This document shows, piece after piece, positions 55,652 to 64,000 of a stretch of 64,000 bases of DNA; within the stretch, counting starts at the first letter, position 1, and each line of letters begins with the position of its first letter. A program made the position numbers and the translations under genes. The stretch lies in the NCBI RefSeq assembly GCF_009914755.1, contig NC_060932.1, one strand, 5' to 3'. The notes under the pieces were generated by a model that was not told the DNA's origin, ran no database searches, and saw only the letters and a list, made by a program, of their open reading frames with translations. Origin of the DNA: the human T2T-CHM13v2.0 reference genome, Homo sapiens.

Positions 55652-57424
55652 TCTCACAGACTACTTACAAGAACATGAGAGTTACTGAAAGAGCAGTGAA
55701 AATAAAAAATGGAAAAAAAAAAAAAAAAAGAATGTGGGAGAATACGATAGTTAAAAAAAATCCCAAATTAACTGCTTATTTGAACCAAGTTGTTTTTCTA
55801 TGTAAAGTGCCAGTGTTGTCTGCTTTTTAAAAGAAAATCCCATTTAATAAAATTAATGATTTATTAAACTATACTGTGCTAAGATATGGCTTGTAGATAT
55901 AAAGAAGAATCTCCTGCACTTAGTATAATTAAAAATTATGTTTGAGTTGCTCTCATCTTTTATTAGAAAAGACAGCGAGAATTAATTGTTAAACTGTCTA
56001 TACACCTTAGAAATTGCCTGATACATTCCTTACCTCTTCCAACCTCAATTTCAAAAGGGAACTGTATACAGTATAGTTTAGTTTCAAAATCATATGTGAT
56101 TTGGAAACATACATACACTTCAGCCCATCTGCTCTAGAAGTTAAATGAAAAACATTAGCAAAATCATTCTCCGAATATATGTTGTGTAATTGTTAACCCT
56201 TTTCAGATAATGCTTCTGATTATCTTTCACCAATCTCAGACTTTCAAGTGCTACATTTTCCAAGGTTAAGAGACAGGTACAGACTGCTATGAGAATTAAT
56301 AGCATTAACATGAGCAAAAGCAGACAAGTACAGTCTGAAGATTAACTGTATGTTATTTAGCTCTCTGCATACAGTAGCATAAGATCAATCTGAGAAAGTT
56401 AGGTACCATATATAACAACAACAAAAAAATCACTGAATCAAGGCCTCCACCAAAAATAAAAGCTGTACTTATCATGTAATCAAAAATTAAATAATTTCAA
56501 ATTTATCACAAAGCTCCCCTTTAAGCTTGAAATTAGAAAAGGATAAAAAGTATAAAGGTAGAAAGATAAAGCTTATAGTTATATTTATTCCTTAATAATT
56601 AAGATTTGCATCTAAAAAATTAAGATTCTCCTCCTGAATTTTAGAAAATGCTTACCAAAATATTTCCTACAAACAAGCGTGACACTGTATTTGGCTACAT
56701 AAAGAAACTACAAGGAATATTTTAAAAACACTACACAAACACAAAAGAAATAAGGAACACGGAATCAATTTGGGTCACACTGTATCTATGTGTTCCTGAG
56801 AACATTATCACTGCCTGGTTGTCACGCTCAGTTCTCCCTTCTACAACGCACCGCACATCCAATCCACAAGCACACAGAATTCCAAGAACATTACCAAATA
56901 TTAAGTCAGAGCACTTCTGAAACACACCTTGTAACTGTCCACAGCTTCTGCAGTTCATATTAGAGCTCAGCAGCTTCTCTTTATCTTCACCAGTGATGTA
57001 AATACAAATACCATACATCACTCATCAAAACAAAAACCCCCACAATTAGCAATAAATTTATTGCCTCAGAGATAAATCTCCTCTGTTAACCCAAACCAAC
57101 ATTACATCTTGATGTAAACCTAAGCACATGCTGAGCACCCCGCCGCTTATCTCCTCTATCATTTGTTTCTAACGATAGCTGACAAACTAGCCACACAAAT
57201 CCTTTTTTAGCTGCTGATCAGACAGATCCCCCTTTGACAATCCAGCATGGTGGAACACTCGAAAATTCTTCCTGCTTCTATTCTATTGCTTGCTCTAAAA
57301 CCCGGTTTCCTTTTCATTGAGATAATAGCCTTTTCTGCAGTCACATGACTCAGAAGCTACATTAGCAGAGCTTTATGATAATAGACTGAGTAAGCCTCTA
57401 CCCCTCCTGCTATTAAGGGAATGT

Positions 57425-57553
57425 CTTTTTCTTTTCTCTCCCTCTCTCTCCCTCTCCTTCTCTCTCACACACAGTCTCAGACTCAGTCTCTCACTCTCTC
57501 ACATACACATACACACGTGCATGCAATGTACACATGCACTCACATACGCATGT
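57425..57553. repeat. Compound (CT)/(CA) low-complexity tract
   Basis: ctctccctctctctccctctcc...cacatacacatacacacgtgcatgc. Confidence 0.75.
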
Positions 57554-58464
57554 CTAAAATTATTTAGTCTTGGAATGTTCATAATAAATAAAAAATATAT
57601 ACCCTAAAATGAAAATATAATTTCTAGATCTGCTGCTAAAAATAAATGCTCAAAACAAACATTCTGATGCATGGTCTTCCTTTCACTAGGATGTACTACA
57701 CTGGCCATGAACAGTGAGGGGCAGTTAAAAGCAAATATATACTCTCTTGAGCTTTGCCCTCAATGATATAAATCTGACAAACCTGGCATAATGAACACTT
57801 TGGAGACATTATAGCTATCCACATACTGAGAATTAATTCCCTGTATTAGTAAAACACATGTAAACATACTTTTTAACATCAAAATGTAGTCTTGTTAAGA
57901 ATATATCCTTATTAAGTAATTTATAATTTGTCCCAAGAAGAAAAATATTCCCATGGCCAAAGCATCTTAAAAAATAATAATCAGAAGTTCCTTTAAGGCT
58001 GGTTACCTTTGTCCATTTCTGATAAATAATCAACTCTGAAAACACATATCTGGAAACACCAGCACAGTACCTGACACACAGAGGCTGCTCCATGTTTTTT
58101 TTAAATGTCCTTAGTAACAAGTAGAAGCACCAGATCAAAAGAAAGCAGCTGATCACATTATATTCCTACTTTATCTTTGGTTATGGTTTGTTTCACATTA
58201 AAAATTGTTCTTAATCCATGAAGCAAGCAATTTGAGGAAGAAGTTTAAATGTGAGAGTGCTGGGTAGTTGAAAGTGGGGAAAAAGATGGTGTAAGGAACT
58301 ACGCTCAAGTGCAATGTGCAAAGTGAAGAATGCTGTACACGAGGAGACTAAAAGAATGACAGATTCTGTTAATCTGAAGTCAACAGAAATTTAAACTATA
58401 TTTTACATTTCTTGGTTGTAACTGGCTTCCTCATCTCATAAATGCAAAACATATTTTTAATATA

Positions 58465-58745
58465 TATATTTTACTTTTAACTGTGGTAAAATATACATAA
58501 CACAAAATTTATCATCTTAACCATTTGTAAGTGTACAGTTCAATAGGGTTAAGCACATTCATACTGTTATGCAACAGATCTCCTGAACTTTTTCATCTTG
58601 CAAAACCGAAACTCTACACCCATTTAACAACTCCTATTTCCTCCTCCCCTAGCCCCTGGCAACCACCACTCTACTTTCTGTTTCTATGAGTTTGAGTACT
58701 GTAGATACCTCATATAAGTGGAATCATACATTAATTTTCTTTTGT
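58465..58745 (-). mobile_element. L1MA/MB-type 3' end fragment
   Basis: tgtggtaaaatatacataacacaaaatttatcatcttaacc...gcccctggcaaccaccactctactttctgtttctatgagtttga. Confidence 0.87.
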
Positions 58746-59381
58746 GTGTAGATACTTCATGGATTATTTTAATACCAGATCAAGACAGAGAGTTTTCATT
58801 TCACAAAATCATTTTACATAAACTGCATTATTCATAAGTAAACCAAGCCAAACTTATATTCTTTAATACAGAAAAACCAAGAATTATTACAGATACCAGA
58901 AGGGATTATTATCATATAAAAGTTATCTATACAAAAAATTCTCTAAGTTCTCAGAACTCAAAGAATTTAACAACTCCAATTCCAAAACTCCTAGTTTACT
59001 CTAATTAACCACTCAACATAGAAATAAATAGGATAGAATGAGTGTTTACTAATTCTCTTTAAGTCACTGAAGGGAACCATGGCCACTCTGGAAGACAACA
59101 CTAACAACTAACAGAGCCTGAAATGATTAGTGAGGTGTCAGGGAACATAAGTTTCCATAAAGACCTGAGCAAAGAAATTCAATTAGGAAATAAAGTAATT
59201 TCAGAGATGAAGAAAATAAACATAAAAAATTTAAAATACCAGCCTATGCCAACACCTCATAATGAAAACACAAAAAAGCACAATTCAGAATTTTTAAGAT
59301 AATGTTTTAATTGCTAAAGAACCTTTAAAAGTTATAATGATTTTTACCACCACCTAAATATTTTCATTATGGACTTAAAAT

Positions 59382-59487
59382 CTAAAATCAATAATCAGCC
59401 AAGGCAACATATACAATCAATGCAATGCAATGCAATGACTAAAATCAATAATCAGCCAAGGCAACATATAAAATCAATGCAATGACT
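59382..59487 (+). repeat. ~47-bp tandem duplication with internal (CAATG)n
   Basis: ctaaaatcaataatcagccaaggcaacatataMaatcaatgcaatg at 59382 and 59439. Confidence 0.9.
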
Positions 59488-60127
59488 GCAGTTTTAAAAG
59501 ACTAGCAAAAAACTGCAGGGGGTGGTTTGTGAAATCCGTCTACCCAAATGTGTTCTTTTTCTGCTCACAAGGTCATGAAACCTTTGGCAATCTTATAGAT
59601 CACTTCCATAGAGAGAGCGTGAGGTCACAGACACGCTAACATTAACACCATGTGTCCTTTATTAACTACAACGGCGCTTTTACAAATTATTTCTCAGCCA
59701 GATCATGGGCAGCAGCAAAATGCTGTGCATTCCCTGACCAGATCAATCGCAGCTAAGATAATGCCTTCTGCCAAACAAATCTAAGTAAAATGTCTTGATC
59801 CAGATTCTGTGCTTACACTTCAAGATGTATTGCTGTTAGCAAATCTGTCCCTCTCTCATATTTTCTGCTGGCATACACGAATTGGTAAAATTGCCTAACT
59901 CTCCTCCTGAGTGCAGAAGATAGCAACAGCAGATTTTATCATTAGCAATTTTAAACTTTTTTCTTCACCAAGGCAGTAGTGTTTACAAGGGAATTAGACT
60001 AGATAATTTGTCAAGTTGTTTTTAGCTTTAACATTTTATGATGGTGGTTGTATATAATGGTGGTTCATTTCTTAATCCAAGAGTCTGGTGAGAAGTAAAA
60101 CAAGGATTCAATAGAGTAATGTTTTCA

Positions 60128-60890
60128 TTTTTAAATTGAGGTACAATTTACATTCAGTGCCATATACAGATCTAAAGAGAAGAGTAAAGTTCAATAGTTG
60201 AGACAAATGAAAGCATCTCTGTAATCCAGGCTCCTATCAAAATGTAGAACACTTCCATCACTCTGCAAAGTTCTCTTGTGCCTGTTCTCAGGCAAACTCC
60301 ACATCTCCTCATCCCTGCCAACAACCACGATACTCTGATTTTCTGTTACCACAGATTAGTTTTGCTTTGTCTAGAACTTTAAATAAATGAAATCATACAG
60401 TAAGTACTCTATGTCCTGGCTCCTTTCAGTACCAAGCTTTCGAGACGCATCCATATTACTGCATGGTCTTGGGGGATTGCTTCCAGGAGCTCCCCCTGGA
60501 TACCAAAATCCATGGATGCTCAAGTCCTGGATATAAAAGGTATAGAATCTGCATATAATCTACGCATATCCTCTCATATACACGAAATCATCTCTAGATT
60601 ACTTATGATACCTAATAAAATGTAAGTGCTATGCAAATAGTTGTTATACTGTATTGTTTCGGGAATAATGACAGGGGAAAAAAGTCTGCACTGTTCAGTA
60701 CAGACAAAATTTTTTTCTCCCGAGTATTTTCTGAGGTTGGCCGAATCTAGTGTGCAGAACCCACCAATACAGAGGGTGACTGTATAGTAACAATTTGTCC
60801 CTTTTCACTGCTTAGGATATTGTATGAATATACCACAGTTTATCCATTCTCCTATTGGTAGACATTTAAGTTGTTTCCAATTGGGAGCTT
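60128..60890 (-). mobile_element. Old L1M 3' fragment split by MER2
   Basis: aaattgaggtacaatttacattcagt... and taccacagtttatccattctcctattggtagacatttaagttgtttcca on either side of the MER2. Confidence 0.75.
60460..60782 (+). mobile_element. MER2 nested in L1
   Basis: gggggattgcttccagga...ggataccaaaatccatggatgctcaagtcc ... atacagagggtgactg|ta. Confidence 0.85.
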
Positions 60891-61072
60891 GTGATGAACA
60901 GAATTCTGACGTGGTTCTGCAAGATTCTCCACCCCCCGGATGGACATGTCCTGCACATTTCCTAGGACTGTAAATATGACAGATGTTTTTACCTCTATGA
61001 TTAGTTTATGTTACATGGCACAACTGGCTCTAAGAAAGAAAGATAACCAGGGTGGGCCTGAGCTAACCATGC
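60890..61072 (+). mobile_element. MaLR LTR 5' fragment (MLT1E/F-like)
   Basis: tgtgatgaacagaattctga...ggactgtaaatatga...tatgttacatggcaca...gggtgggcctga. Confidence 0.65.
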
Positions 61073-61289
61073 ATTTTCTTTGTTAGTGTACCCGATGGGG
61101 CAGGCTCCTCAGCATTAGAGCACTGACATTGAAGAGCAGACACCATACCTTTTATCCCTCTAACCCACAGCAGCATCTGTCCTAGTGCTGCTTCTATATG
61201 ATACACGGTCAAAATTTACATACTGATATTTCTTTTTCCTTAAAAAGGTGATTACGTTGCAATATGAAAAAATGCTTTTGAAGAGGCCA

Positions 61290-61535
61290 CTTTAGAGGGA
61301 GGAAAGAGCATGCACTCAGAGTTAGACTTTTGCCCGAATACATATGCCAGATATGCAGTGCCTGAGCAAGTTACTTAACCTCCCTGTCTTAGGTTCCTTA
61401 TCTATAAATGTGTGTCTCTGGGGTAGAGAGGATGTTTATACTACTGTATTGTTATTGTGAAGAGTCTATGAATTATATGTAAAGCAACTGGCCCAGTGCA
61501 TAGCATAGGAAGACATCAATTGATGGTAGCCACCA
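61290..61535 (+). mobile_element. MIR SINE
   Basis: gagcaagttacttaacctccctgtcttaggttccttatctataaa. Confidence 0.7.
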
Positions 61536-61600
61536 TTAGCTCTTAGTTTGATATCATGTTCAGCAAAAAGAAGAAACAGTATCTGTATATCAAAACTGTA

Positions 61601-61947
<347 letters not shown>

Positions 61948-62032
61948 TTAAACTGGGTGAGACCAGAGGTCATTTTCATCCTAATTTCCAAACTTTTAGT
62001 AATGTCGTTTTCATCATTTAAAAACATGGCAA

Positions 62033-62559
<527 letters not shown>

Positions 62560-63813
62560 CTATTCTAAATTTCTATAATACAAATGTTAAAAAACAGAGT
62601 CCACTGTTCCAAAAGGTGACAAATCTTTAATCTATAAAGATTTCTTCTTTACACACTATGACCACATATTTATTAATTAAAAATGAGATAAGCTCTGAAG
62701 GTGACATGTTTAACAAGTTGCAGAGTGTGAACTTTTCAGTCATTTGTAATATTAATTTGTAAACCCATTAGCATTGTAATTCCATACTACAGCTAAATAT
62801 CAGATTTTTAAAACCTGATAAAATATCATGAAATAATTTATATGTTAAATACATTTTTAAATGCAGTGAGAAATACATTTCATAAATAGTAAGATAGTAA
62901 GGGAAAAAGTAATACTGCCCATTTGAATTTATTGTTTCCATTAGGCATAGATCTGCATAGAATTAAGTCACTTGGGCCTCTGACCTCCTTCCTCAGGTGA
63001 GCCAGGGATAAAGAAAAGGGCCATCTTTGAATCTCCTGCTTGTGGGTATCATCCCACTAACATTAACTAGAGAGTTTTTTTTCTTGATGTGTAGGAAAAT
63101 GAGCCTTAGAAAAGGCCCAACTGTGCTAAGCTAGCAGGGACTGCTATTTTGTTGGGTTATTTCCAATAAAAAGCTTATGCAAACAGCAGTGCATAAATGT
63201 CTATGATACTACTGCAGTAGATTATACCCACACAAAAGAGGGCTGAGGAGAAGGACTATAGAGTGCAATCACTTCTAAATACGACTCTGCCAAGTTACCA
63301 CTTCATGAAATGGAATAATATACAAATAGCATACTACATTTCCATCTCAGCATTTGTACTTCATCCAAGGATTTCAGAGGCTTGAAATGACTGAGTTAAA
63401 TTCTTCCTAATTAGCACACTGTAAACCACTCTAAAGTAAGTCGCCTTTAAAAATGTATTTACTCCTTGAAGTCAGTGGAGTATCACTAGGTTAAAACTGA
63501 AATTCTTAAGTCATCTGTTAACCAGAGTTAATGAGAACCCTAATGGTCTATCCAGGTTATACCTTATAAACCTTGGGCTTCCAAAAATGCCAAAGGCTCA
63601 GAGAAAGATCCCAAGAATTTGATTCAGTATTAATCCAGCTCTTTGAGATCAGTATTACTCCCAAATAAGTCTCTGACAGTTTTAATGAACAACTAGAACT
63701 TTAAAAGGGGCTAAAAAGAATGTGAGAGCCATCTAGGCCTGGGAATCTCAAAGTCATCCGTTTCAAATTCTCAGACTTGGATAACCATTGTCTCTGGTTA
63801 GACTTTTCCAGTA

Positions 63814-64000
63814 CTGTCATTCCCTATATCCACAGGGTATTGGTTCCAGGACCTCCCATGGATACTCAAATCCTCAGATGCTCAAGTTCCTGATATAAAA
63901 TGATATTTGCTTATAACCTACACACAGACTTTAAATCATTTATAGATTACTTATAATGCCTATACAAGGTGCTATGTAAATAATTGTTATATTGTGTTTT
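63814..64000 (+). mobile_element. MER2 (cut by window end)
   Basis: ta|ctgtcattccctatatccacagggtattggttccaggacctcccatggatactcaaatcc. Confidence 0.82.

Overview
Primate (very probably human) genomic DNA from inside the NCOA2 (SRC-2/TIF2/GRIP1) gene, transcribed on the minus strand. Only two exons are recognisable. The first coding exon (28674-28570) has 19 nt of 5'UTR and codons 1-29. The next exon (25985-25813) encodes the bHLH region. The rest is intron, rich in Alus (22 of 24 pieces on the + strand, antisense to the gene), L1/L2/MIR fragments and DNA-transposon fossils (Tigger1, four MER2, MER5-type). Most notable observation: the 5'UTR holds a 4-codon uORF (MCSR*) whose UGA overlaps the main AUG (AUGA). 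If the two exons back-splice into a 278-nt circle, the main ORF crosses the junction, enters that uORF frame and stops on its own start codon, giving a full-circle 93-aa bHLH-only protein. All other ORFs in the track look repeat-derived or spurious. Repeat subfamily names and boundaries were assigned by eye and are approximate.
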